Part shown: positions 34,039 through 42,163 of the stretch, in pieces
Layout: each line of letters opens with the position of its first letter
Position numbering within the stretch: the first letter of the stretch is position 1
NCBI GenBank assembly: GCA_031292335.1
Contig: JARLHH010000075.1
Coordinates: forward strand, 1-50,854
From: Candidatus Limnocylindrales bacterium
GTDB taxonomy: Bacteria > Chloroflexota > Limnocylindria > Limnocylindrales > CSP1-4
DNA length: 50,854 bases
Direction of reading: 5' to 3'
Notes under the pieces: model-generated
Told to the model about the DNA's origin: nothing
Database searches by the model: none
The model's input: the letters and a program-made list of their open reading frames with translations, nothing else
Translations under genes and position numbers: made by a program

Positions 34039-35826
34039 ATGACCTGGCAGGCCCGCAAGCGAGCGTGGGAGCGCGAGCGACTCGACCCCGCACGCGCACG
34101 TGCCCCGGAGCGGCTGCGGCGCTTCACGACCATCTCCGACGTCGAGGTCGCGCGCCTGTACGGCCCGTGGGACTGGACCGGCGGCGTCGAACCGGCTCCC
34201 GGCGACTCCGGCGGGCACGGCTCCGGCGCGGGCGGCGGCGGGCCGACCGCGTTCGACCACCGCGGGGAGCGTCTCCGGACCGGCCGCTGGGACGACTTCG
34301 ACCCGCTTCGCGACGTCGGCTTCCCGGGCGAGCCACCGTTCACCCGGGGCGTCCACCCGACCGGCTATCGCGGCCGCGCATGGACCATGCGGATGTTCGC
34401 GGGATTCGGGGCGGCGGAAGACACGAACGCCCGCTTCCGCGACCTGCTCGCGGCGGGCCAGACCGGCCTTTCGATCGCGTTCGACATGCCGACCCTGTAC
34501 GGCTACGACACCGACGATCCCGAGGCGGAAGGGGAGTTCGGGACCTGCGGCGTCGCAGTCAGCTCGCTCGCCGACATGGAGGTGCTGCTCGACGGGCTCC
34601 CCCTGGGCCGGATCTCCACGTCGATGACCATCAACTCGCCCGCCGCGCCGATCTGGGCGATGTACATCGTGGCCGCCGAGAAGCGCGGCGTGCCGCGGTC
34701 GGCCCTCGAGGGGACGCTCCAGAACGACATCCTCAAGGAGTTCATCGCCCAGAAGGAGTACCTGTTTCCGCCGGCGCCGTCCCTTCGCCTGGTCACCGAC
34801 ACGATCGAGTTCGGGACCCGCGAGCTTCCGCGCTGGAACACGATCTCCATCAGCGGCTACCACATCCGCGAGGCGGGGAGCACCGCCGTCCAGGAGCTCG
34901 CGTTCACGCTGGCCGATGGGATGGCCTACACGGAGGCGGCGCTCGCCCGCGGGCTACGGGTGGACGACTTCGCGCCCCGGCTGTCGTTCTTCTTCAACTC
35001 GCACGCCGACTTCTTCGAGGAGATCGCCAAGTTCCGCGCGGCGCGGCGCGTCTGGTGGAAGTTGATGACGGCGCGGTACGGCGCCGAGAACGAGCGGTCG
35101 GCCTGGCTGCGCTTCCACACCCAGACTGCCGGCGTCAGCCTCACGCCCCAGCAGCCACTCAACAACCTGACCCGGGTCGCCCTCCAGGCCCTGGCGGCCG
35201 TCCTCGGTGGCACGCAGTCGCTCCACACGGACGCCTACGACGAGGCGTGGGCCGTCCCGACGGCCGAGGCCGCCCTGCTCGCGCTCCGCCAGCAGCAGGT
35301 GATCGCGGAGGAGACGGGCGTCGCCAACACGATCGACCCGCTGGGTGGGAGCTGGTTCGTGGAATCGCTCACCAACCGGACGGAGCGCGAGGTCTGGCGC
35401 TATCTCGACGAGATCGACGCGCGGGGCGGGATGGTCGCGGCGGTGGCCCAGGGCTACCCGCAGCGCGAGGTCGCGGACGCGGCCTACCGCTTCCAGCGCG
35501 AGGTGGACGCGGGCGATCGGCGGGTGGTCGGCATGAACTCCCACGTCGACCCCGGCGAGGTGCTCGCGGTCCCACTGCTCCAGGTGCCCGACGGTTCCCG
35601 GGAGCGCCACCTGGCTCGCCTGGAGCGGACCCGCCGCGAGCGGGATCCGGCGGCGCTCGCCACGGCGCTGGCTGGCCTGCGCGCGGCCGCGGCGGCGCCG
35701 GAGTCGTCCGCCACGAACCTGATGCCGCACTTCCTCGCCTGCGCGGCCGCGTACGCCACGCTCGGCGAGCAGTGCCGCGTGCTGCGCGAGGTATTCGGGG
35801 AGTACCGGGAGCCGGCGGCCATCTGA
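34039..35826 (+). CDS. methylmalonyl-CoA mutase family, large (substrate-binding) subunit without B12 domain
   Basis: 595 aa from ATG 34039 within ORF 33373..35826. Motifs [24 protein letters not shown] and [15 protein letters not shown] are characteristic of acyl-CoA mutases. Confidence 0.9.
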   Translation: MTWQARKRAWERERLDPARARAPERLRRFTTISDVEVARLYGPWDWTGGVEPAPGDSGGHGSGAGGGGPTAFDHRGERLRTGRWDDFDPLRDVGFPGEPPFTRGVHPTGYRGRAWTMRMFAGFGAAEDTNARFRDLLAAGQTGLSIAFDMPTLYGYDTDDPEAEGEFGTCGVAVSSLADMEVLLDGLPLGRISTSMTINSPAAPIWAMYIVAAEKRGVPRSALEGTLQNDILKEFIAQKEYLFPPAPSLRLVTDTIEFGTRELPRWNTISISGYHIREAGSTAVQELAFTLADGMAYTEAALARGLRVDDFAPRLSFFFNSHADFFEEIAKFRAARRVWWKLMTARYGAENERSAWLRFHTQTAGVSLTPQQPLNNLTRVALQALAAVLGGTQSLHTDAYDEAWAVPTAEAALLALRQQQVIAEETGVANTIDPLGGSWFVESLTNRTEREVWRYLDEIDARGGMVAAVAQGYPQREVADAAYRFQREVDAGDRRVVGMNSHVDPGEVLAVPLLQVPDGSRERHLARLERTRRERDPAALATALAGLRAAAAAPESSATNLMPHFLACAAAYATLGEQCRVLREVFGEYREPAAI

Positions 35827-35910
35827 TTCGAACGGTCAGCCCTGAGCTTCGCGGCCGCCCCTGAGCGCGACTCCGGCGAGCGCGATCCGGCCGCTGCCAC
35901 CCGCCGCAGG

Positions 35911-36663
35911 CTACCCGGCCGGGTCGGGGTCGTCGGGCCCGCGGCCCTCGTCGCGATCGGGCAGGGCCGCGGCCACCGACCGGGCGAAGCGGTCCGCGGC
36001 GACCAGCGAGACGGCCACGAAGTCCACGTCCAGGCGCCCCACCAGGCTGGTGTCGGCGACGAGCGCGCCACCCAGCATGATCGCCGGACCGGCGTTCGAC
36101 CCGGCGGCGCGGGCCGCCGCGATGGCGTCGCGGATCGCCGGCTCGCGCTCCGGCAGCGATGCGCTCAGCGCCAGCAGGTCGGCCCGGTTGCGGGCCAGGA
36201 ACCGGGCGAGGTCGGCGGGCGGGACGTCGGGCCCCAGGTTGGCCACGCTCCAGCCCTGGTCCCGCAGGACCTGGTCGAGGCAGGCGAGGCCCAGGCTGTG
36301 CTGCTCGCCGGCGACGCCGGCGAGAACGGCCAGCGGGCCCACCCGGCCCTCCGGGCCCTGCGCGGGGCGGATCCGCTCCAGCGCGCGCACGAGCGTCTGG
36401 GAGGCGAGATGCTCCTCGGCCACCGACCACCGACCGCTCTGCCAGCGCTCGCCGACGAGGGTCATCGCGTCGCGGAGCAGCCCGTCGAAGACCTCGGCAC
36501 GCGGACGCTCCGCCAGGGCATTCTGCAGCGTCCAGGCCGCCAGCTCGTCGTCGCCGTCGGCGAGAAGCGAGGCGAGCAGGTCCGGCGTGAGCGTGCCGGC
36601 AGGGATCGGTCCGGCTGCGCGACCCGGATCGACGGGAGGGAGCTTCGGAAACGAGTCCTGCAT
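35911..36663 (-). CDS. stand-alone cobalamin-binding protein (B12-binding_2 helical bundle plus B12-binding Rossmann domain), CarH-like light-sensing module
   Basis: 250 aa from ATG 36663. W-x9-EH (ERWQSGRWSVAEEH), ExHxxG (GEQHSLG), SxL (LSASL) and GG (MLGGAL) motifs. There is no HTH domain upstream; the longer ORF to 37206 runs antisense to the DinB-like gene. Confidence 0.8.
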   Translation of the reverse strand: MQDSFPKLPPVDPGRAAGPIPAGTLTPDLLASLLADGDDELAAWTLQNALAERPRAEVFDGLLRDAMTLVGERWQSGRWSVAEEHLASQTLVRALERIRPAQGPEGRVGPLAVLAGVAGEQHSLGLACLDQVLRDQGWSVANLGPDVPPADLARFLARNRADLLALSASLPEREPAIRDAIAAARAAGSNAGPAIMLGGALVADTSLVGRLDVDFVAVSLVAADRFARSVAAALPDRDEGRGPDDPDPAG

Positions 36664-36671
36664 CGAGGGTG

Positions 36672-36677
36672 ACTGTA
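36672..36677 (-). promoter_or_regulatory. putative extended -10 TGCTACAGT, 8 nt before B12-binding protein ATG 36663
   Basis: Read on the minus strand. Confidence 0.4.
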
Positions 36678-36756
36678 GCACCGGCCCCAACCTTGGGAGG
36701 ATCCCCGATGGCGTGGACAACGCCCGTTTCGCGTGCCCGAGCGGGGCCCGGCGGAC

Positions 36757-36762
36757 TACCAT
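36757..36762 (+). promoter_or_regulatory. putative -10 box TACCAT, 6 nt before DinB-like ATG 36769
   Basis: TANNNT hexamer with no Shine-Dalgarno. Confidence 0.4.
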
Positions 36763-36768
36763 CGGATC

Positions 36769-37245
36769 ATGTACTTCGACGCACTCTCCTTCCTCGAGGA
36801 CGAACGGGATGCCTGGCGCCCGTACGAGGCGCTGTTCACGCTTCCGCCGGAGCAGCTGGAGCGGCCCGTGGTCGGCCCGGACCGCTGGTCGGCGCGAGAC
36901 CTGCTGGGACATCTCGTCTTCTGGCAGGAGCACGCTCTGGCGGTGGCGCGCGAGCTGGCGGTCGGCCCGACCAGCCCGTCGCGTCAGCGGGACGAGGCAG
37001 AGTGGGCTGCCCGGGGCGACGCGATCAACGCCGACGCCGTGGCGGCATGGCGGGCGCTCCCGCTCGACGAGCTGCTGGAGCGGGCGAGGACGGTGGCCGG
37101 CGAGCTGCGAGGCCACCTGACCGTCGTGCCGGAAGCCCGCTGGCTCAAGGACGGTGCGGTCCAGGCGTTCTTCGCGGGCGAGACGATCGACCACTACGCC
37201 GAGCACGCCGCCGATCTCGACGCGATCCTCGCCGCCGTCCGGTGA
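36769..37245 (+). CDS. DinB/ClbS-like four-helix-bundle protein
   Basis: 158 aa. WSARDLLGHLVFWQEH and IDHYAEHAADL His motifs are typical of DinB-type bundles. ATG 36769 is preceded by TACCAT at 6 nt. Confidence 0.65.
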   Translation: MYFDALSFLEDERDAWRPYEALFTLPPEQLERPVVGPDRWSARDLLGHLVFWQEHALAVARELAVGPTSPSRQRDEAEWAARGDAINADAVAAWRALPLDELLERARTVAGELRGHLTVVPEARWLKDGAVQAFFAGETIDHYAEHAADLDAILAAVR

Positions 37246-37637
37246 CCGACCCCGCGCTCGAGGCGCTGCTTGCCGCGCACGTCGGCCTTCTCGAGGGCGC
37301 CGTGGCCGTCCCCGGGCCGGCGTGGACGGCCTGCCATCTCGAAGGGTTCGTGTTCGCGGCGTTCGCGGGGGGCGTGGCGGAGTTCCGTCTCGGCGAGACC
37401 GTGAGCGCGGCCGCGCTCCGGACCCCGGACACGAAGGTTTCTGCCCGGGGAGCAGGCTGGGTGCGTTTCGCGCCCCGGCGCCTGGACGCGCATGCCCGGG
37501 ACCGGGCCATCGCCTGGTTCGAGAGCGCCTGGCGGCACGCCGACGCGGAGCTCGCCGGCGACGCGGACGAGCCGGACGTGGACGAGGACGGCCCGGACGA
37601 CGAGGACGACGACGAGGGCGACGGCCCGGCCACCTGA
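37242..37637 (+). CDS. hypothetical protein with acidic C-terminal tail
   Basis: 131 aa. GTG overlaps the DinB-like stop (GTGA). High third-position GC. C-terminal DADEPDVDEDGPDDEDDDEGD tail. No family recognised. Confidence 0.45.
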   Translation: MTDPALEALLAAHVGLLEGAVAVPGPAWTACHLEGFVFAAFAGGVAEFRLGETVSAAALRTPDTKVSARGAGWVRFAPRRLDAHARDRAIAWFESAWRHADAELAGDADEPDVDEDGPDDEDDDEGDGPAT

Positions 37638-37792
37638 CGGTCCGTCGATGGCGCAGGCGTGCGGCCGACCGCCGAGTACTGCGCGGACCCGCGACCCTCG
37701 GCCATGAATCGGACCGCCCCGCGGGGTGAACCGGGCGGGGCGGCGTGCGGTGGGTGCGACGTGCGACGCGGGGCCCCCCGCGTCGGGCCGGA

Positions 37793-38137
37793 TCAGCTGG
37801 CGGGCTTCGCGTAGCTGGGAAGGCCGAATCGCTCCTCGAGCTGGTCGGCGGGCTGGAAGCCGACGACGCCCATCGGCTGTCGACCGGCGCCCGGGAAGAA
37901 GGCGATCGTCGGGATGCTCATGATGTTGAACGCCTGGCTGATGCCCGGGTTGGCGTCCACGTCGACCTTCACGACGTCGACCTTGCCGTCGTACTTCTCG
38001 GCGAGCTTCTCGAGCTCGGGGGCGACCAACCGGCAGGGCCCGCACCAGGCGGCCCAGAAGTCCACGATCACGGGCCGCTCGGCCTTCAGGACGAGCTCTT
38101 CGAAAGTTGTGTCCGTTGCGTGCTTGATCTCGACCAT
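37793..38137 (-). CDS. trxA: thioredoxin
   Basis: 114 aa. Active site WAAWCGPCR with canonical thioredoxin fold order. GGAGAAAGG precedes the ATG. Confidence 0.93.
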   Translation of the reverse strand: MVEIKHATDTTFEELVLKAERPVIVDFWAAWCGPCRLVAPELEKLAEKYDGKVDVVKVDVDANPGISQAFNIMSIPTIAFFPGAGRQPMGVVGFQPADQLEERFGLPSYAKPAS

Positions 38138-38181
38138 GGGTCGGGAAACCCTTTCTCCCGGTTACGCGGGCGCGGAGCGGC

Positions 38182-38481
38182 CTAGCCGGCCAGCCCCTGG
38201 ATGAGACGATATGCCTCGATGACGCGCGGGTCCGCGAGGCGGTAGTAGACGGTGCTCCCGTCACGACGGGTCGAGACGAGCCCGGCGCTGCGCAGCACCG
38301 CCAGGTGCTGGGACATGTTCGGCACCTGGCAGCCAACGCAGGCCGAGAGCTCCGAGACCGAGAACTCGCCGGTGGCGAGCGTCTCGAGGACACACAGGCG
38401 TTTCGGATCCGCCAGCGCCCGGCCGATCAGCGCTGCACGCTGCCGGTCGGCGTCCGTTCCGCGGAGCTGTTCGGTGACCAC
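38182..38481 (-). CDS. ArsR/SmtB family metalloregulator
   Basis: 99 aa. wHTH ELSACVGCQVPNMSQHLAVLRSAGLV with Cys pair CVGC. GTG start. A perfect palindrome lies just upstream. Confidence 0.88.
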   Translation of the reverse strand: MVTEQLRGTDADRQRAALIGRALADPKRLCVLETLATGEFSVSELSACVGCQVPNMSQHLAVLRSAGLVSTRRDGSTVYYRLADPRVIEAYRLIQGLAG

Positions 38482-38487
38482 GAGCGT

Positions 38488-38493
38488 AGTATC
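38488..38493 (-). promoter_or_regulatory. putative -10 box GATACT, 6 nt before arsR GTG 38481
   Basis: Read on the minus strand. Abuts the palindromic operator. Confidence 0.4.
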
Positions 38494-38494
38494 T

Positions 38495-38522
38495 CACCAC
38501 TTGCGCAACAACGCAAGTGGTG
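38495..38522. promoter_or_regulatory. perfect 11-6-11 palindrome CACCACTTGCG-caacaa-CGCAAGTGGTG, probable ArsR operator
   Basis: Seen directly. Starts 14 nt upstream of the arsR start and abuts its putative -10 box. ArsR/SmtB repressors typically bind such imperfect 12-2-12-like inverted repeats at their own promoters. Confidence 0.65.
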
Positions 38523-38531
38523 TGTGCCCCA

Positions 38532-38561
38532 GGTCGTGCTGCGGGTCGTGTTCCGGTCGTG
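38532..38561 (+). promoter_or_regulatory. three phased direct repeats GGTCGTG (spacing 12 and 11 nt)
   Basis: GGTCGTG at 38532, 38544 and 38555, roughly one helical turn apart, between the arsR operator and the palindromic repeat element. Confidence 0.25.
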
Positions 38562-38574
38562 TCTCCAGGCCGGT

Positions 38575-38732
38575 GTGCGCCGGGTGACCACTGCGACCGA
38601 CGGGGGTCGGCGCCGCGACGTTTCCGCGTCACCCGGCGCACGGGCCGACCGACGAGGGGGCGTCTCGGTCACGTGGTGCACGCGACCAGCAGGTAGCCCG
38701 CCTACGTCGGTCGCAGCGCTCACCGGGTGCAC
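38575..38732. repeat. palindromic intergenic element, full copy (28-nt imperfect terminal inverted repeats)
   Basis: GTGCGCCGGGTGACCACTGCGACCGACG (38575-38602) matches the reverse complement of 38705-38732 at 24 of 28 positions. The internal GTCACCCGGCGCAC (38628-38641) is a perfect 14-nt complement of 38575-38588. Confidence 0.6.
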
Positions 38733-38789
38733 GCGCCGCTGCTTGGGTTGACGCCGGCTCGCGACGGGGCAGGTGGGCCGGTGGTGGGC

Positions 38790-38795
38790 GATACT
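38790..38795 (+). promoter_or_regulatory. putative -10 box GATACT, 7 nt before dehydratase ATG 38803
   Basis: A at position 2 and T at position 6 conserved. No Shine-Dalgarno. Confidence 0.4.
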
Positions 38796-38802
38796 TCGCC
38801 GC

Positions 38803-39834
38803 ATGCCGGTCACCTTCGACGCCTCCGCGCACACGATCCCGCCGGAGGCATTCGACGAGGCGGCCGCCCTCGTCCGGGGGCGCGTGCACCGAACGCCCAT
38901 GCTGACGTCGCACACCGCCGCCCGGGTCGCGGAGACGGCGCGCGGCGTGCGCCTGGCCGGTGGGACGCTCCATGCCAAGGCGGAGCACCTCCAGGCGACC
39001 GGCTCGTTCAAGGTCCGCGGCGCGATCCTCCGGCTCGCGAGCGTCGACGCCGCGGAGCGTGCCGCTGGCGTGATCGCGATCTCGGCCGGCAACCACGCGG
39101 CTGCGCTCGCGGTCGCGGCGGCGCTCGCCGGAATCCGCGCCGTGGTGGTCATGCCCGCCACCGCAGTGAGCTCCAAGGTGGATGCGTGTCGCGCGTACGG
39201 TGCCGAGGTCGTGCTGCACGGCGCCACGACGGTCGAAGCCTGGGCGGAGATGGAACGCCTGCGCGACGCCCGGGGCCTCACCTTCATCCACCCGTTCGAC
39301 CATCCCGTGACGATTGCCGGCCAGGGAACCGTCGGCCTCGAGATCCTCGCCGACCTCCCTGACGTCGACGTGGTCGTCGTTGCGGTCGGCGGCGGCGGAC
39401 TCGCCTGTGGCATCGCGACTGCCCTGGCGACCCGCCGGCCGGCAACACGGGTCTGGGGCGTCGAGCCCGCGAACTCGGCGGCCCTCTCGCTCGCGCTGGC
39501 CGCGAATGGGATCGTGCCGGTGACGCCGGGGAGCGTCGCGGATGGCCTGAATGCCCCGTTCGCGGGCGACTGGACGCTGGCGCTCGGGCGGCGCCATCTC
39601 GCCGGGATCGTGACCCTCGGCGACCCGGAGATCCTGAGCGGGGTCCGGTTTGCGGCCGAACGCATGAAGCAGGTCCTCGAGCCGGCCGGCGCCGCCTCCC
39701 TGGCGGCGGTCCTGCACGGCCGGATCCCGCTCCGCGACGGCGATCGGGTGTGCGTGGTCCTGAGTGGCGGCAACGTCGCCCTGGACCGCCTCGGGGAGCT
39801 GCTGGCCGGTGCGGCGCCGATCCCCGGACTCTGA
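38803..39834 (+). CDS. PLP-dependent threonine/serine dehydratase
   Basis: 343 aa from ATG 38803. PLP-lysine motif ATGSFKVRGA and glycine loop VAVGGGGL. GATACT lies 7 nt upstream. Confidence 0.85.
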   Translation: MPVTFDASAHTIPPEAFDEAAALVRGRVHRTPMLTSHTAARVAETARGVRLAGGTLHAKAEHLQATGSFKVRGAILRLASVDAAERAAGVIAISAGNHAAALAVAAALAGIRAVVVMPATAVSSKVDACRAYGAEVVLHGATTVEAWAEMERLRDARGLTFIHPFDHPVTIAGQGTVGLEILADLPDVDVVVVAVGGGGLACGIATALATRRPATRVWGVEPANSAALSLALAANGIVPVTPGSVADGLNAPFAGDWTLALGRRHLAGIVTLGDPEILSGVRFAAERMKQVLEPAGAASLAAVLHGRIPLRDGDRVCVVLSGGNVALDRLGELLAGAAPIPGL

Positions 39835-39851
39835 TTCCCGGACCCTGACGA

Positions 39852-40280
39852 TCAGTCCAGCCCCAGCTCGGCGAGGCGATCGTCGTCGATGCCCATGTGG
39901 TGGGCAAGCTCGTGGACGACGGTGATCCGGACCTCGTCCTCCAGCTCGAGCGGGTCGGGGAAGTCTCCCTCCAGGGGGAGCCGGAAGATCGTGATCGCGT
40001 TCGGGAACGGGACCTCGTCGGCCCCCCAGGCCGTCCGCGGCACGCCCTCGTAGAGGCCGTACAGGGTCTCGTCCGGCGCCAGGTCCTCGTCGCGCCGCTG
40101 CTCGGGCGAGGGCTCGTCGGCGATCACGATGGCGACCTCGCGGAGCGCCGCCGCGAACGGCATCGGAATGCCGGCGAGCGCGCGATCGACGAGGTCTTCG
40201 AACCGGGAGTGGCGGGCCTCGCGCCGCCGGCGGAGGGCGGCGAGGTCGGCGGCCGGGACTCCGCGGCGTCGCTTCGACAT
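39852..40280 (-). CDS. zincin-like metallopeptidase family protein (DUF1025 type)
   Basis: 142 aa. HELAHHMG zinc-binding motif near the C-terminus, typical of this minimal metallopeptidase family. Confidence 0.8.
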   Translation of the reverse strand: MSKRRRGVPAADLAALRRRREARHSRFEDLVDRALAGIPMPFAAALREVAIVIADEPSPEQRRDEDLAPDETLYGLYEGVPRTAWGADEVPFPNAITIFRLPLEGDFPDPLELEDEVRITVVHELAHHMGIDDDRLAELGLD

Positions 40281-40288
40281 GGCGGGCC

Positions 40289-40295
40289 TATCCTA
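40289..40295. promoter_or_regulatory. overlapping divergent -10 boxes: TATCCT (plus strand, 40289-40294) and TAGGAT (minus strand, 40290-40295)
   Basis: The plus-strand box lies 8 nt before ATG 40303. The minus-strand box lies 9 nt before ATG 40280. The two start codons are 22 nt apart. Confidence 0.45.
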
Positions 40296-40302
40296 CGGCG
40301 CG

Positions 40303-41400
40303 ATGGACCGCATGCACGGCCTGCCGCTCACGGGCCCCGGGTTGCGGGCCCTGGACGCCAACCCGTTCGCGCCGCCGGCTTCCGATCAGGTCGCCGAGCC
40401 CGCCGGTTTCATGGTCGCGATGGACGGCGCGGTGCGAATCCACTTCCTGGACTGGGGCGGCCCGCAGGCCGGCACCGCGGGATGGGCGGGCATCGATTCG
40501 GTCCCGGCAGCCGGGGGGAGCATCCCGACGAGCCGTCGCCCCGGCGGCGTGCCCGGCGTCCTGCTGATCCACGGGCTGGCCCAGACCGCCTGGTCCTGGG
40601 CGCCCGTCGCGCGCAGGGTTCGGGCGTTCGCCGGCGTCGTCGCCATGGACCTGCGCGGTCACGGTCTGTCGGACGCGCCGACCGGCGGCTATGACCACGA
40701 GCAGCTGGCGGAGGACGCGATCGCCGTGGCCGAGGGCGCCGGGCTGCTGGCGTTCGCGGATGAGGGGGGCCACGCCGGCGCGCCGAGTGGGCGCCCGTTC
40801 GTCGTCGCCGGCCACGGGTTCGGCGCGGTGGTCGCGGCCTGGACCGCGCACGCGCTCGGGGACCGGTGCGCCGGCCTCGTGCTCGTGGACGGCGGCTGGA
40901 CCGACCTGCCGGCAGAGACGGGGATGACGCCGGACGAGTGGCTCGCCGCGATCGCCGAACCGCCGGAGGTGCTTCGGTCGATGGACGCCTGGCTGGCGGA
41001 CCGGAGCGGGTTCGACCCGGCGACGTGGGATGCCGACCAGGAGCGGGCCGCCCGGAGCGAGGTCGTCGAGACGGCGGCCGGCAGGGTCAAGCCGGCGATT
41101 CACAGCCATGCCCTGGCGGCCTCGGTGGGCGCCCTGTGGACCTACCGGCCCGCGTCAACCCTGCCGGCCGTGGTGGCAGAGGTCGCGGCGCTGGCCGCCC
41201 GCGACGACGATGCCGGCCGGAACCTCCAGGCGCTCCGCGAGATGGCCGCCGCGCGCGCCGCCGCGGGCCGGGGCCCGGTCCATGCAGCCTCGTTCCCAGG
41301 CCTCGGGCACAACCTGATGCGCTACGTCCCGGACGCCGTCGTGGCCGCCATCCGCACGGTTGCGCCGTCCGCGGACGCGGGACCGGAAGCATCCGGCTAG
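40303..41400 (+). CDS. alpha/beta hydrolase
   Basis: VLLIHGLAQTAWSW oxyanion region and GHGFGA nucleophile elbow. Start set to ATG 40303 (TATCCT 8 nt upstream). ATG 40279 and 40312 are alternatives. Confidence 0.75.
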   Translation: MDRMHGLPLTGPGLRALDANPFAPPASDQVAEPAGFMVAMDGAVRIHFLDWGGPQAGTAGWAGIDSVPAAGGSIPTSRRPGGVPGVLLIHGLAQTAWSWAPVARRVRAFAGVVAMDLRGHGLSDAPTGGYDHEQLAEDAIAVAEGAGLLAFADEGGHAGAPSGRPFVVAGHGFGAVVAAWTAHALGDRCAGLVLVDGGWTDLPAETGMTPDEWLAAIAEPPEVLRSMDAWLADRSGFDPATWDADQERAARSEVVETAAGRVKPAIHSHALAASVGALWTYRPASTLPAVVAEVAALAARDDDAGRNLQALREMAAARAAAGRGPVHAASFPGLGHNLMRYVPDAVVAAIRTVAPSADAGPEASG

Positions 41401-41403
41401 GAT
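41398..41403 (+). promoter_or_regulatory. putative -10 box TAGGAT (GGCTAGGAT), 6 nt before folE ATG 41410; overlaps the upstream stop codon
   Basis: TANNNT hexamer with no Shine-Dalgarno. Confidence 0.45.
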
Positions 41404-41409
41404 GCCGCC

Positions 41410-42135
41410 ATGCCCAGCCGAGACCTGCCCGCCAACGTGAAGTCGATCGTCGCCGAGATCGAGACCGAGATCGGTGAGGAAGATTCCGCGAATGGACTCT
41501 CCGCTGCCCTGACTCCGGCGGCCGCGATCGAAGGTGACGGCGCCACACGCGCCGGAACGGGCACCGGCAACCGCCGCCTCGAGGCCGCGGTCCGCGGCAT
41601 CCTCCGCGAGATCGGCGAGGACCCGGACCGGGAAGGCCTGCGGGGAACCCCCGGGCGCGTCCACCGCATGTACGCGGAGCTGACCGCGGGATACCACGTG
41701 GACCCCGAGCGCCTCATCAACGGCGCCGTCTACGACGTCGACTACAGCGAGATGGTTGTCGTCAAGGAGATCCCCTTCTACTCGTTGTGCGAGCACCACC
41801 TGCTGCCGTTCTTCGGGACCGCGGCGGTTGCCTACATCCCGAAGGGGCGCGTGATCGGGCTCTCGAAGATCCCGCGGATCGTGGAGATGTACGCCCGGCG
41901 GCTGCAGGTCCAGGAGCGACTGACCCAGCAGGTGGCGGACTTCCTCCAGGCGCGCCTCGGTCCCGGCGGCACCGGCGTGGTCATCGAGGCGACCCACCTG
42001 TGCGCGGTCATGCGCGGGATCCGCAAGCCGGGCACCGTCATGACCACCAGCCACGTCCTGGGCCTTTTCCGCACGAGCGAGAAGACGCGGGCCGAGTTCT
42101 TCGCGCACCTGGCTCGCCAGGCGCCGGGTACCTGA
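41410..42135 (+). CDS. folE: GTP cyclohydrolase I
   Basis: 241 aa. Motifs [14 protein letters not shown] and [25 protein letters not shown] are diagnostic FolE sequences. An N-terminal extension of about 50 aa is present. Confidence 0.92.
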   Translation: MPSRDLPANVKSIVAEIETEIGEEDSANGLSAALTPAAAIEGDGATRAGTGTGNRRLEAAVRGILREIGEDPDREGLRGTPGRVHRMYAELTAGYHVDPERLINGAVYDVDYSEMVVVKEIPFYSLCEHHLLPFFGTAAVAYIPKGRVIGLSKIPRIVEMYARRLQVQERLTQQVADFLQARLGPGGTGVVIEATHLCAVMRGIRKPGTVMTTSHVLGLFRTSEKTRAEFFAHLARQAPGT

Positions 42136-42150
42136 CGCCAACCGCCCGGC

Positions 42151-42156
42151 TATCAT
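42151..42156 (+). promoter_or_regulatory. putative -10 box TATCAT (GGCTATCAT), 7 nt before mutase B12-subunit ATG 42164
   Basis: TANNNT hexamer with no Shine-Dalgarno. Confidence 0.45.
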
Positions 42157-42163
42157 CCGCGCC

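Noticed and set aside
33914-42163. Cobalamin riboswitches upstream of the mutase subunits or the B12-binding protein
   Set aside because: These genes appear leaderless, with the -10 box 7-8 nt from the start codon. That leaves no room for a 5' UTR riboswitch, and no B12-box-like sequence was seen in adjacent gaps.
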